Source: Mobula hypostoma (Eukaryota). Taken from it: a DNA stretch of 60,000 nt. The stretch is taken from NCBI RefSeq assembly GCF_963921235.1, contig NC_086097.1, positions 140,618,001 to 140,678,000 on the forward strand, given 5' to 3'. Shown here one piece after another: positions 46,382 through 60,000 of the stretch. The stretch's first letter is position 1; every line of letters starts with the position of its first letter. The position numbers and the translations under genes are program-made. The notes below the pieces were generated by a model. It ran no database searches. It was not told the origin of the DNA and worked only from the letters and a program-made list of their open reading frames with translations.

Positions 46382-49300
46382 CGGGGCATTAGACACAATT
46401 CTTCACTGCAAGGATCAAGAGTCCTGAAAGTTGTATTGTCTGCCCGGTGTCCAGGTTCAGGTCATATTATCTGACCTGCAGAGGAATTTGGAATTGGAAG
46501 GAAAAGATCCAGTAGTTGTGGTCCCCCATGTAGGTACTTAAATAGAATGAGGACAGAGGGTCTGCTGAGGGAATTTGAGTAGTTAGGGACTGAATTAGAA
46601 AGCAGCACCGAAAAGTAAATAATTTCTGAGTAAAGGGGAAGGCCAAAGTAGATTGGAAGGGGACCGAGAAGGGATGATGGTAGCATAAAAGCAAAAGAGA
46701 GGGCAAAATTGCAAAAGTTACAATATTGCAAAAGTTAGCGGGAAGGTAGAAGATTGGGATGCCTTTAAAAAACAACAGAAGGCAACCAAAAAAGCAATAA
46801 AGGGAGAAAAGATGAAATATGAAGCATGATAGAGTGTGAGGGGTGGAATTACTAGTTAGGGAAAATGACACAGCTGTGCTCAGTCAGGACAGACTGGAGA
46901 GTTCCTCTACTGAAGCATCTAAAGGTAGAACTGAAAAATAAGAAATGTTTGATTACATTAATAGGATTATATTATAGACCACTCAAAAGTCTGTGACTTC
47001 TTAATCAGTACATAGAAAGACCAACTAGAGTGAGTGCAATACTAGATCTCCTATTAAGGAATGAGTCAATGCAGGTGGCAGAAATTTGCATAGAGGAACA
47101 CTTTGCATTTAGTGATCATGATGCCTTTAGTTTCAAGGTAGTTATGGCAAAGGATCAGTCTAGTCCTCGAGTTGAAAATTAAAATTGGAGAAAGGCCAAT
47201 TTTGATGGTATCAGGAAGGATCTAGCAAGTGTGGATTGGGACAGGTGGTTTTCTGGCAAAGGAGTACTTGGTAAGTGAGTGGTGTTCCAAAGTGAAATTT
47301 TGAGAGTACAGAGTTCATTTGTTCTTGTCAAAATAAAAGACAAGGATAACAGGTTAGGAGCTTTGGTTTTCGAGAGATATTGAGGCCCTAGTTAAGACAA
47401 AGAAGGAGGTGCATTGTAGGTATAGGCAGACAGGAACAATTGAGGTACTTGAGGGGTATAAGAAATGCAAGAGAACATTTAAGAAGGAAATTAGGCCGGC
47501 TTAAAGAAGGCATGAGGTTGCTCAAGCAGACAAGGTGAAGGAGAATTATGAGGATTTCTACAGACACCTATATAAAGAGCAAAAAGATAACAAGGGACAG
47601 AAATGGTCCTCTGGAAGATCAGAGTGGTAATCTGTGAATGGAGTCAAAAGAGTTGGGGGATATTTTAAATGGATTTTTTGTAGATGTATTTACTCTGGAG
47701 ACGGACACAGAGTCTATAGATGTGAGGCAATACAACAGCAAAGGCATGGACCCTGTACAGATTACAGAGGAGGAGGTGTTTGCTGTCTTGAAGCAAATTA
47801 GTGTGAATAAATCCCCAGGTCCTGACAAGGTGTCCCCTTTGACCCTGTGGGAGGCTAGTACAGAAATTGCAGGGGCCTGAGCAAACATATTTAAAACATC
47901 TTTAGTCACAGGTGAGGTGCTGGAGGATTGCAGGATAGGTAATGTTGTTCTGTTGTTTAACAAAGGCTCTAATAATTAACCAGGAAATTCTAGGCCAGTG
48001 AGGCTGACATCATTAGCGGGAAAGTTATTGGAAGGTATCCTAAGGGACTGGATATATGTATTTGGATAGACAGGGATTGATTAAGGATAGTTAACATGGC
48101 TTTGTGTGTGGATAAGTCGTGTCTAACCAACCTTAGACTTTTTCAAGGAAGTTACAAGGAAATTAGATGAAGGTAAGGCAGTGGATGTTGTGTACATAGA
48201 TTTTATCAAGGCCTTTGACAAGATCCCGCATGGGATATTGGTTAAGATGGTTCAGTCGCTTGGGCATTTAAGATGAGGTAGTAAACTGGATTAGACATTG
48301 GCCTTGAGGGAGAAGCTACAGAGTAGTAGTAACTGGTTGCCTCTCTGACTGGAGGCTTGTGACTCGTGGAGTACCAGAGGGATCGGTGCTGGGTCCATTC
48401 TTGTTTGTCATCTGTAGCAATAATCAGGGTGATAATGTGGTAAACTGGATCTGCAAATTTGTGGATAACACCAAGATTGGGGGTACAGTGGATAGTGAGG
48501 AAGACTATCAAAACTTGCAATAGGATTTGGATCAGTTGGAATAGTGGGCTGAAAAATGACAGATGGAATTTAACGTAGACAAGAGTGAGATGTCGCACTT
48601 TGGGAGGACCAACCAGGGTGGGTCTTACATGGTGAGTGGTAGGGTACAGAGTGGTAGTGATTGTAGTAGAACAGAGGGATCTGGGAAAACAGATCCATAT
48701 TTCCCTGAAAGTGGCATCACATGTAGATAGGGTCATAAAGAAAGCTTTTAGCACATTGGCCTTCATACATAAATCAATGTGTTGAGCACAGGAGATGGGA
48801 TGTTATGCTGAAATGGTAAAAGACATTGGTAAGGCCTAATTTGGTGTATTGTGTCTGGTTTTGGTCACCTCCCTACAGGAAAGATGTAAATAAGATTGAA
48901 AGAATGCAGAGAAAATTTGCTAGGATGTTGCCAGGACTTAAGGGCGTGAGTTATAGGGAAAGATTGAACAGGTTAGGACTTTATTCCCTGGAATGTATGA
49001 GATTAAGAGGAGATTTGATAGAGATATACGGAATTATGAGGGGTATAGATAGGGTAAACACAAGCAGGCTTTTTACACTGAGGTTGGGTGAAACTACAAC
49101 TAGGGGTCATGGTTTTTGATGAAAGGTGAAATGTTTCGGGGGAATATGAGGAGCAACTTCTTCACTCAGAGGGTGGTGAGAGAGTCTAACAGGCTGACTG
49201 CAGAAGTGGAGCATTCAGGGTTAATTTCAAAATTTCAGAGAAATTTGGGTAGCTACATGGATGGGAGAAGTTTGGAAGGCTATGGTCCGGGTGCAAGTCG

Positions 49301-49385
49301 ATGGGACTAGGTAAATTAATGGTTCAGCATGGACCAGATGGGCCACAAGGCCTGGTTCTATGTTGTAGCATTCTGTGGCTCTATA
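46382..49385 (+). mobile_element. Decayed long CR1 (its ORF1 part at ~42540-42746 is separated by the Gypsy insertion)
   Basis: VVVIG|..RGIDT..CLPG across the Gypsy element; KSPGPD, RPNLVYCVWFWSP and TTTRGHG motifs. Confidence 0.8.
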
Positions 49386-51345
49386 GCTCTGTGAAAATAA
49401 GCTAGCTAGTAATATGAAAGAGGACACCAAATGTTTTCTCGGGTATTTAAAGAGAGAGGCGAGAATGGATGTCGGACTTCTGGAAAATGACACTCGGGAA
49501 GCAATAATGGGGAACAAGTAAATGGCTGATGAACTGAATTGATGTTTTGCATCATCCCTAGCTGTGGAAGACACTAGTAGTTTGCCATAAATGCCGTTGA
49601 GTGGGGAGGGGGCAAAAGTGAGTGCAGTTGCTATTACTAAGAAGATGCTTGAGAAGCTGAAGAATTTGAAGGCCAGTGTCACCTGAGCAAGATGGACTAC
49701 ACCAGGGTTCTGAAAGAGGCAGCTGAAGTGATTGTGGATACATTAGTGGTGGTCGTTCAAGAATCACTTGTGTCAGCGATGGTTCCAGAGGACTGGAAAA
49801 TTGCAAATATCACTCCACTCTTTAAAAAGAGAAGGAGACAGAAGACAGGAAGTTATAGGTGGGTTAGTCTGACTTCAGTGGTTGGTAAGATTGTAGAGTC
49901 AATTATTTAGGATGAGTTTCGGGATATTTGTACTTGAAAGCACATGATAAAATAGCCCAAGGACAAGGGAGACCTTGCTTGACAAATCAGTTGGAATTCT
50001 GAGGAAGTAACAGGCAGGATAGACAGAGAGGATATTGTCTACTGGATTTTCAGAAGGCTTTTGACAAGATGCTGCTAAACAAGATAAGAGCCCATAGTAT
50101 TATAGGAAAGGTACTCGCATGGTTAGAATATTTGCTGACTGGCCAAAGGCAAAGAGTGGGAATAAAGGGAGCTTTTTCTGGTTGACTCCCACGACTCTTA
50201 ATGTTCCTCAGTGGTTGATGTTAGACGTATCAATGACTTGGGTGATGGAATTGATGGCTTTGTGGGCAGCCCGTGTTGAGGAAGGAGAGTCAGCCGGAGC
50301 ACTTTGACAGATTAGGAGAATGGACAAAGAAGTGGTAGATGGAATACAGTGGTGGAAAGTGCATGGTTATGCACTTTAGTTGAAGGAATAAAGGCCACAG
50401 ACTATTTTTTTGAATGGGGAGAATTCGAAAATCAGTAGTGCAAAAGCACTTGGGAGACCTAGTGCAGGGTTCCCCAAAGGTTAACTTCCTGGTTGAGTCT
50501 GTAGTAAGGAAGGCAAATGCATCTTGAGAGAGTGAGAAAATAAAAGCAAGAATGTAATACTGAGGCTTCATATGGCATTGGTCTGACTACATCTGGAGTA
50601 TTCTGAACAGTTTTAAGCCCTTTACCTAAGGAAGAATGTGTTTACATTGGAGAATTTACAGAGGAGGGTTACAAGAGTGATCCTAGGGATGAAAGGGTTA
50701 ACATATGAGGACTGTTTGATGGCTGTAGGCCTGTACTCACTGGAATTTAGAAGGAGGACAGGGAGACAGGGATCTCGGTGAAACCGACAGAATATTGAAA
50801 GGCATGGATAGAACGGAGGTGGAGAAGTTGTTTCCAGTTGTGGGAGAGTCTAGGACTAGAGGACACAGCCTCAGAATAAAAGGACATCTCTTTAGACAGA
50901 GATGAGGAAGAATTTCTTTAGCCAGATGGTGGTGAATCAGTGGAATTCATTGCCACGAATGGTTGTGGAGACCAAATCATTGGGTATATTTAAAGCGGCG
51001 GTTGATACTTTCTTGATTAGTAAGGGTGTCAAAGGTTACAGGGAGAAGAGTGGAGGGGTTAAGAGAGATAATAAATCAATCATGATAGAATGGTGGTCAT
51101 ACTCGATGGACTGAATGGTGATCTGCTCCTGTATCATGCAATCTTATGAATCTGTGGAATTTGTTGCTACAGAGGGCTATGGAGGCCAAATCATTTATGT
51201 ATTTAAGGCAGAGATTGATAAGGTTTTGATTGGTAAGAGGTGAGGGTGGGAGAATGGGACAGAAAAATATCAACCATGGTTGATTGTCAGAGCAGACTCT
51301 ATGTACCAAATGGCCTAATTCTGCTCTTGCGTCTTGTAACCTAAT
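49386..51345 (+). mobile_element. Decayed CR1 ORF2 and 3' ends
   Basis: RVLKEAAEVIVDTL..PEDWKIANITPLFKK; MRKNFFSQMVVNQWNSLP. Confidence 0.75.
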
Positions 51346-51664
51346 ATTGAACCAGACATTCTAAGATTGAAGAGTTCAGCTTCCAAAGACCTTATTTATT
51401 TTTTCTGTATTTTGTGTGCCTGTGCTGTGTTGGTGTGGGTGTGTGTTGGTGCGTGTGAATGAGTGTCTGTGTGGTAGTTGCCTGCCAGGAGCTTCGGTTC
51501 ATTACACTTACTCTTACGTCTCACTCCCTCCTCTCCCTGCACAGAGGGAGTATTCTTAGCAAACACTGCTCAAGAATTTTGCAGTGAATTCCTGATCATT
51601 TATATCGAAGCACAAAGTCTTCATGATGGAATGGATGTATTTGATCATTTACAGAACTTTTTTG

Positions 51665-53815
51665 GTTCAGAATCAGGTTTAATATCACTGGCCTATGTCG
51701 GGAAATATGTTGTTTTGCAGTAGTACATTGCAATTTGCAATATATTATGTATTGCAGTAAGAAATATATACAGTGTGTTAAAAATAAATCAAATAAGTCA
51801 TGCAAAAAGAAAGCAAAAAAGATTGTGCGGTTCATTGTCCTTTCAGAAATCTGATGGTGATGGGGAAGAAGCTGTTCCTAAAATGTTCAGGGTACGTCAT
51901 CAGGCTCTTTACCTCCTCTCTGATGGTAGCAATGAGAAGAAGGCAAGTCCTGGGTGGTGGGGGCTCCTGAATGATGGATGCCACCTTCTGAGACATAGCC
52001 TTTTGAAGATATCCTTGATGCTGAGGAGGCTAGTGCCCATGATGGAACTGGCCGAGTTGCAGCTATTTCCAATCCTATGCAGTCACCTCTCCACACCAGA
52101 CAGTGATGCAACCAGTTAGAATGTTCTGTTGGTTCACCTGTAGAAATCTGCAAGTCTTTGGTGACATACCAAGTCTCTTCAAACTCCTAATGAAATAGAG
52201 CCACTGTTGTGCCTTCTTTGTAATTGCATCGATATGTTGGGCCCAGGATACTTCCTCAGGAATTTGAAACTGCTCACCCTGTCCACTGCTGATCCTTTGA
52301 TGAGGACTGCTTGTGTTCTCTGGATTTCCCCTTCCTGAATCCCACAATAAGTTCCTTGGTCTTATATTGAGTGCAAGGTTGTTGTTGCAACTCCACTCAA
52401 CCAGCTGATCTATCTCACTCCTGTTCGCCTCCTTGTTATCGTCTGAATTTCTGCCCACAACAGTCGTGTCATCGGCAAATTCGTAGATGGCATTTGAGCT
52501 GTGCCTGCCCACACAGCCGTGGAAGTAGAGAGAGTAGAGCAGTGGGCTAAGCATCCTTGAGCAGTGCCAGCATTGATTGTCAGCAAGGAGGAGATATTAT
52601 TTCCAATCTGCATTGACTGTGGTCTGCCAATAAGGAAATCAGGGATCCAGTTGTCGAGGGAGGTACAGAAGCGCAGGATTTGAAACTTGTTGATTAGTAC
52701 TGAGGATATGATGTTGTTGAACTCTGAGTTGTAATCAATAAACAGCAACCTGACATAGGTATCGCAATTATCCAAGTCATCTAAGGCCGTGTGTCGAGCC
52801 GGTGGGATTGCATCCACTGTAGACCTACTGGGGCGATAGGTAAATTGCAGCAAATCCAGGTCCTTGCTCAGACAAGAGTTCATTCTGGCCAGGACCAACC
52901 TGTCAAAGCACTTCATCACAGTAGATGTGAGTGCTACTGTATGATGGTCTGTGAGACAGCTCACCCTGTTCTTCTTGGGCACTGGTATGACTGTTGCCCT
53001 TTTGAAGCAGGTGGGTACCTCCAGTCATAGCAGTGAGAGACTGAAGATGTCCTTGAACACCCCCACTAGTGGGTTGCAGCAGGCTTTCAGTATCCTACCT
53101 TCAGGTGTACTTTCAAAATTTTCACTCCTCGAACTTCAATCAGAATTGTTTTCTCGCTCTTAAAATAACTCATGCTTGGACTTCTTGTATAGTTCTTGAT
53201 GACGGTCTTGAGTATCACATATCTAGCCCTCAACAGACTATAAATCTCTTGGTCTATCCACGGCTTTTGGTTTGGGTATGTCTGGTATGTTTTTGGAAAG
53301 CACACAGGTCTTAATGAAATCAGTGACAACTGTGGCATATTCATTCAGATTTGAAGATGAACCCCTAAATATTGTCCGGTCCGCTAACACAAAGCAGTCC
53401 TGTAAGCATCCCCCCATCTCTCTTGACCATTCCTTTGTGGCCCTCACCACTGGTGCTGCGGTCTTTAGTCTCTGCCTGTATGCCGGGAGTAGAAGTACAG
53501 CCAAGTAATCGAACTTTCCGAAGTGCAGCCGTTGGATGGCACAGTAAGCATTCTTGATGGTGGTGTAACAGTGGCCAAGTATGTTGGCTTCTCTTGTCCC
53601 ACAGGTGATATATTGGTGGTAGATGTTCAGAGACTTCTTCAGTCTGACCTGGTTGAAATCCCCCCAAATGAATGGATGCACTGTTTTGTAAGTGCTGATC
53701 GTGGTACTCAGCTAATCCAGTGCTTCCCTGACATTGACTTGAATTGGAGTGTACACCACTACCAGGGTGATGGCAGAAAACTCCCTCAGCGGACAATATG
53801 GACAACACAACATCT
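51665..53815 (-). mobile_element. Decayed Rex1/Babar LINE (EN remnant, RT, tail)
   Basis: [59 protein letters not shown]; tail TCAGAATCAG at ~51668. Confidence 0.85.
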
Positions 53816-54354
53816 AGATGTTCATATATAATGTGATACAAAATATTATAGTTAATATGACATGGTTTAACTCCCCCATGTGTCAGTGCCCTCCTTATTC
53901 TCCAGCAATTAGCCCTGGTTTAAATGTCTAGCTATGGGTTGGGTAGTGCGCTATTCTGACCAGCTGTGCTCAGAAAAGCAAAGGCTTGGTGATTTTCCAA
54001 CTATTTGGCTTTTTGGAGTATCAGCTGGACATTTCTTCCCTTTGATTATATTGACAGAGGTAAGTCTGGGAAGTGCCTGTCATAGTGAGAGGTAGGGGTC
54101 AGGGTGCTTCCTGATTCCCAAGAGAATACTGCGTCCTGGGATCGCAAAGATCTCCAAGGGCAGTCATCAGCCACCTGTTCAAACCAGTACAATGAGGTTC
54201 TCAGCGTCATTTTGTAGTGTATGACACAGGAGTGTTTTTGTTCCTCAATGTAGCCAGCAGCTATGCAGAATCCCTGAAATTACTCCCATGAAGCATGACA
54301 GTTATAATGATTGTGTTTCTAAATTTAACATGCAGCACATGCCTGTATCTGCAG

Positions 54355-54405
54355 GGAGAAGTGCTGGAATACATGGATGATCTTCTGGAAGCTCCAGACA
54401 GCTGA
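54355..54405 (+). CDS. CRTAP: CRTAP exon 7 (terminal coding exon)
   Basis: CTGCAG|GEVLEYMDDLLEAPDS-TGA, matching the CRTAP C-terminus GEVVEYVDDLLE. Total CDS 1179 nt, 392 aa, all phases consistent. Confidence 0.93.
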   Translation, partial: GEVLEYMDDLLEAPDS

Positions 54406-56085
54406 CATGTGCAACAGGTCAAAATCTACAGGGAAGGTGAAAAAGTTGCATTACCCTTTTTAATTGCCTCATTATTTCTTCAGCGTTGACCATGACCCTC
54501 TGACTGTCTTTCAAAGATGTAACACAGATCTAATGTCCCACTCTACATACACACCCCATCCCCTCCCACAACACCTATTCTCTCCCTGCACACCACATCC
54601 TCGCCCTATTCCCTCCACCCCAACCCTCCTTCCCTATTCTCTCCCCTCCATCTTCCACCCGTTCCATTCTCAACTACAACACTGTCTACCACATCTGCCT
54701 GCCTTCACCTCCATACCTCGCACCAGACTTGTGAGCCCAGGTCTGGCCAGTGATGCTTCAGTATGCGGAAACCAAAGGGCATCATTCCCACTGCCTTCCT
54801 CGGAACCACAATGTTGACATTGCTCCGTCCTCCTTTTCCCTACTCAGTCTGGTTGATGATCGACAGCACTTTTCGCACAGTCTGCCTGTAATACCATGAA
54901 ATGGTACCCTCTGTTTTCTTTTGGCATAATTAATTGGTTTCACTCAGGAGTGTCGTCCTGGGTCACACTCATGGTCACGTTGTATTTGGTGCTGTAACAC
55001 TGAGGATTCACACTACACATCAATTTTGGTCACCAACAGCTACTTATGCTTTTCGTCCAGAAAGACCCTTGGGAGTAGGGTCACGGTGAAACCTGTTACG
55101 GGAATGGCAATCATCAAGTGTCAAAATAGAAGATACTGAAATTTGTCAGAATCTCAAACAGCAAAGGGGAAATCTGCAAGTTATTGGAGCAAGTTTGAAA
55201 TAGATCTGAAAGAACTGTTGAACGTTGACGTACGGAGAGCTTAAACCTGACACTTGTTTCATTCGCTGTCTCAAGCTCCTACTAGCTACCGTACCTCAAT
55301 GCCAGGGAAAACATTGACTCATTTATTAATGTTTGAACATAGACCCTTGATGCCGTTTTAGCAAGTCAGTGTGAAAAACCCAGAACCAATCTTTCACTGC
55401 AGCTGCCTGGGCTGGACACTTGGTTGTGAGCCATACCTCAAACAGCAGTTCCTTTTACACATTTGGCCTGTGGTTTGAATAACCCAGTGAAGCACTCCCT
55501 TTAAGTTTTTACACTCACTGAATGATCAATTGTTGCTTTGATAGCCTACATAATCTACAATATTTATAGCTCTTAAGTTGTTTTTTATAGGAAAGTCTAA
55601 ATCAGATGTCATTGCGAATGATGAGAAGGTGTGTGTTACTGGGGACACAATGCAAACCTTTGTTGGTCACTTTCAACCTCTTCCACCAAAAATATCCCAC
55701 AAAGGTTGCCCTTAAATTCTTTCCATGTTTACACCAAGCAGCAAACTGTCTTTTCACATACAACCCAAACTGGCTGAACAAAGAAACACAAGGTATATTT
55801 AACTTTTTGGATTTATTTTTGAAAATTGAAAGCATTTTGTCAGATAAAGTTTAACAAAGGTTACTCACTTGCTATTTGAGTAATTTATCTCTTGTGCCCC
55901 AACACAATCCCGAATCTCTGCTTGTTAGCCCAGCCAATGCAGAGTACGCCACAGTATCTTACAGAGAATCTTCGTTTTCATGATTACACAAATGTAACAT
56001 TATTAATCTTTATACACTACAGCCATCGTGTTCAAAATTTAAAAGATGTTTAAGAACTGTACAACCAAGTTGGTGCCTTAAGCCT

Positions 56086-56091
56086 AATAAA
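56086..56091 (+). terminator. Candidate CRTAP polyadenylation signal
   Basis: First canonical AATAAA I found downstream of the stop codon, followed by T-rich sequence. Confidence 0.45.
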
Positions 56092-56809
56092 AAACATTTT
56101 TATCTTGCTTAAAAGATTATATTTATTTATCTCTGTATGTCGCCTCAGATAAGCCCACGACACTTTACACATGGAAAAATAATTGCCTTGAAATTTTTCA
56201 GAACAGAGTGTAATGTCATTGAACAAAGATGGGTGTATACAAAATGTAGTGCTGGAAAATCTATCAAAGGCCAGTATATGTTTCGTGTGGCTGGGATATA
56301 GTGGCTTGAAACCCCATCTATCTCCAGCATTCAGTAAGGAAACCTTCACTTAGTATGATCCTCTGTGTCGGACACAGTGAATTTTCTTGTTGCCTTTGGT
56401 TTTTGAAGGAAAGATTGATAGTTACCGTGGTGTTAACTAAACCCTGCAAGCCAATTAAATTTCTTGACTTGTTGCAGGCAGTAGCCACTTTAAGTCACAA
56501 CCCCTCCCCCACCCTCCCCTTGCCAGACTCCTACTGTACATGGAATGTCTCAGCTTGTTTCTACCAATCCCTTTACCAAATCAGTGAGGCTGTCCCTACA
56601 GACAGACTCAGAAATCTTCCTCTCCACCTGTGGAGCAAGTTCAAGTGACCCATTCATTGATCTTTTTAAATATTCCACATATTGAGAGCATACCTCTGTG
56701 TAATATTTATTTATTTCTAATAGTGCTTTGAATATTCAATGTGTGCAGTGAGATGCCGGTTGTGAATGTTCCTGTGAGTGTGGATCCCCCTTCAAAAACA
56801 CACTTCCAC

Positions 56810-58017
56810 TTACACTCTCTGCTGCATTTCAATGTGTTGCCTACGCCTGACCTGTCCCTTCCCGTTCAGCTCATACACAGATGTTTTCTGGTGCCTGTGC
56901 CTGTAGCACCATGTAGCCAAGATAACAGCCAGGGTGAGCAGACCGATCACCGCGACGATGGTGGCGATCATGGGGCCCTGCTGGGAGCTGGAGCAGTTCT
57001 CCCCCCTGCAGCTCTCGACTGTTGGCTGCAGCTTGGCCTCAGCCCTATCACTGAAATTCCCGCTTCTGGTGAAGTGATCAATCGTGTCAAAGGCTGAAAG
57101 ATCTGTCAAGGTCTGAGCACTTACTTCAGGTGTGGCTGGACTGTAAAGTGTTGAAACCCCAGCTACTGGTGTCGATACTGCAGATCTGTCTACAGGGTGC
57201 AAATCCTCACTTACTGTTTCTCTAGCATTTGTGAGAAGCAGAGAGGGGTCAGTAGCAGGGTCAGAGAATTTCCACAATTCTTCAGTGACTTGACCCCACA
57301 ATGTGGTTGTGGGGATCTCACTGTCTCTACTGACACTGATTATTTCAGGCACTGGTGTCTGAACATCTAGGTGCAAGTGCCCCGTTGGTGCAGTCATGAG
57401 CCGAGTGTGATGGTTGGCCAAGGTGTTGCTTGAAGCACCTGTCCTAATTTCCATATGGTTAGAATGGTATGTAGTGGCAAGAGCTTCCTCCTGTGTTTCC
57501 ATGGATCCAGTAACCTGACTTTCTTCTGTTTCTGATATAGTGGGGTAACTGTCCACCTGGTGAAGTGATCTGTTCGTCCCAACCACTGTTTCCTTGCTAA
57601 TTTTAGTCTCATTCTGCACAATGGATGGGCCAATGGGCAAGCCTTCATCTTCTCCCGTTCGGTCTCCCTCATCATCTTCAGCCTTTGCTGCAATTTGATT
57701 ATCATTTGCAGGGATTAAAATTTTTGACTGCACATCTGCTTTCCTGATAGTGGGCTGCTCAACATTTGGGAATTCTGAGGGGAACCAAGGCAGTTGCTTC
57801 TGGCTGAGGAAAGAGACTGGTGACTCAGTTGGTTGCATGATTTCTCTGCTGCTTTCTCTTAATGACCCATCAGCTGCCTCATCTAATCCACCCTCAGGAT
57901 CTTCCACATCATCTTCAGCAGGGAGGGCTCGGTCGTGCTCTCCAGCAGGGTCTGAAAATGGCAGTGTGTCTGCATTGGAGAACTTGTCTTCATAGTCAAT
58001 GTGGCCTTCAGCTTCAT
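56810..58017 (-). CDS. SUSD5: SUSD5 last coding exon (mucin-like stalk, TM helix, cytoplasmic tail)
   Basis: Acceptor TTGTTTTACAG|(D)EAEGHIDYEDKF; C-terminus CRGENC..GPMIATIVAVIGLLTLAVILATWCY..KTSVYELN..HIEMQQRV-TAA, resembling SUSD5. SUSD5 is the CRTAP neighbour in human. Confidence 0.9.
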
Positions 58018-58713
58018 CTGTAAAACAAATAGCTTCACTGGATGAGCTTCAATTGAACATTCAATGGTACTTTTATACAATGTGGAAGATTACTGATTTA
58101 CAGGTCTTAGTTTTTTAGAATTGTCTTTCACAACTGTAGCTAATTCTCAGCCCAAAGGTTACTGAAGTTCGTTTGGGGCTTAGATTATTGGGAGAAGAGT
58201 TAATGTGCAATGTTGGTTTGGGCCTTTCTTCCTTAGATGATGCCAGGCTCAATGCCTTTGGGTAATGTCCAGAACCTCTCCATCCCAAAGCTCCCACTCG
58301 ACCACTTTCTCCACTTTTATCCCAGATATCCCTGAACCTACATCACCCAGCCTACCCTGTACTATCTACACTCCTTCAACATTCTGGCCTTGCATTACAG
58401 GCAGCACCACAACTTGCTGGAGCTGGTGAGGGCAAAGGGGTAGTGACGATACTGGATTGAGGCTCGTCTTCCCTGCCTTGGGGTTAGGGCAAGCTCCATC
58501 TGCAGGTAATTGACATGAGCAAAGTGGCACCACTGTCTCGCTGCTTCTGGCCTGATGCTCCCACCCTAGCCCGTCCCAGAGGATGCATCTGATGCTGGGA
58601 GAGAGGGAGACCATGGATCACTGTAACTGAAGTAAGGCGCCAAGTGAAATAGAACAAAGAATGGTGAAAATAATCAAGAGATCAGGAAAAATCTGTTAAG
58701 AGAAGCAGGATTA

Positions 58714-60000
58714 GTGGTTCAAATCAATGACCTTACAACAACATCTCTGAGGGTGAGGTACGCAGATGTTTCCAACGAGTGGACAGTCACAAGGCTGCGG
58801 GACAGGATGGCTTCCCAGGGTGAGTATTCAGGATGTGCGCAGCACAACTGGCAGGTGTGTTTACTGATATTTTTAATCTCCCCCTTTCCCTTACCCTCTC
58901 CCTCCTGCTTCAAATTATCCACCATTGTCTCTGTACCAAAAAAGACCAAGGTAACATGCTTGAACAGCTGGCATCCTGTTGCAGTCACCTCAATAATAAG
59001 CAAATGCTTTGAGAGGCTGGTCAAGGATTACATCTGCAGCTTGCTACCACCCAAACTGGACCCTCTACACAACCGATCGACAGATGACACAATAGCCACT
59101 ACTCTATATAGTGCCCTTACACATCTGGAGAAGAAGGATGCTTATGTGAGAATGCTGTTCTTGGACTACAGTTCAGCATTCAACACCATAGTTCCACCCA
59201 GGCTCAGCAAGAAGCTCAGAGACCTCGGCCTTGACCATGCCTCGTGCAGCTGGATCCTGGACTTCCTGTCAGATCACCGGCAGGTTGGAAAAGTGGGTTC
59301 CCTCACCTCCACCCCACTGACTCTCAACACAGGAGCCCCTCAGGGCTGTGTACTGAGTCCCCTCCTTTACTCCCTGTATACCCATGATTGTATTGCCATC
59401 CACAGCTCCAAACTGCTAATTAAATTTGCCGATGACACTACATTGATTGGCCTTACCTTAAACAATAACGAGGTGGCCAACAGGGAAGAAGTCATCTTTC
59501 TGAAACAGTGGTGTCAAGAAAACAACCTTTCCCTCAATGTTGCAATAATAAAAGAGCAGATTGTGGATTACAGGAGGAATGGAGATGGGCTAACTCCTAT
59601 TGACATCAATGGATCTGGGGTTGAGATGATAAACAACTTCAAGTTCCTCAGCATCCACATCACCGAGGACCTCACATGCTCTGTACACACCAGCTGTGTG
59701 GTGGAAAAAGGCACAACAGCGGCTCTTTCACCTCGGTCGGTTGAAGAAGTTTGGTATGGGTCCCCAAATCCTAAGAACTTTCTACAGGGGCACAATTGAG
59801 AGCATCCTGACTGGCTGCATCACTGCCTGGTATGGGAACTGTACTTCCCTTCAATCACAGGTCTCTGCAGAGAGTGGTGTGGACAGCCCAGTGCATCTGT
59901 AGTTGTTGTAGGATCATAGGTCATCCCAACCACAATCTATTCCAGCTGCTACCATCCGGGAAGCTGTACCGCAGCATAAAAACCAGGACCAACAGGCTTC
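58714..60000 (+). mobile_element. Rex1/Babar LINE RT region
   Basis: VPKKTKVTCLNSWHPVAVTS..KCFERLV, MLFLDYSSAFNT, GAPQGCVLSPLLY, KFADDTT. Confidence 0.88.

Noticed and set aside
7763..54405. Alternative identity as P3H4 (SC65) with FKBP10
   Set aside because: [21 protein letters not shown], the GEVLEYMDDLLE terminus, exon sizes and the SUSD5 neighbour fit CRTAP; the NVFVGKG and RRFIKVPP residues fit FKBP9.
58018..60000. Upstream SUSD5 sushi-domain exon
   Set aside because: No sushi-like Cys pattern with splice sites was found; the region is intron plus Rex1/Babar LINE, so the exon presumably lies beyond the window.

Overview
Eukaryotic vertebrate genomic DNA, most likely a cartilaginous fish (inferred from the CR1, Rex1/Babar, Penelope and fish-type L1 repeat content). 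Three spliced genes can be reconstructed. FKBP9 exons 1-2 lie on the minus strand. A complete 7-exon CRTAP lies on the plus strand (CDS 7763..54405, 392 aa), head-to-head with FKBP9 across a ~540-bp CpG-rich promoter. The large last coding exon of SUSD5 lies on the minus strand, tail-to-tail with CRTAP. The introns are dominated by transposons. Main observations: (1) an extra, in-frame copy of FKBP9 exon 2 with intact splice sites, built by a complex rearrangement next to Tc1 ends; (2) a four-layer nest CR1>CR1>CR1>L1 in which two CR1 insertions hit almost the same ORF1 position, and the L1 has both ends, a 13-bp TSD and an internal EN-to-RT deletion; (3) a second nest of up to five layers around a sushi-like LTR element with two same-family solo LTRs, each resolved by its TSD; (4) a PNMA-like Gypsy element with a tRNA-Pro-like PBS. 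No prokaryotic features, CRISPR arrays, rRNA or tRNA genes were seen. All family assignments come from motif recognition, not database searches.
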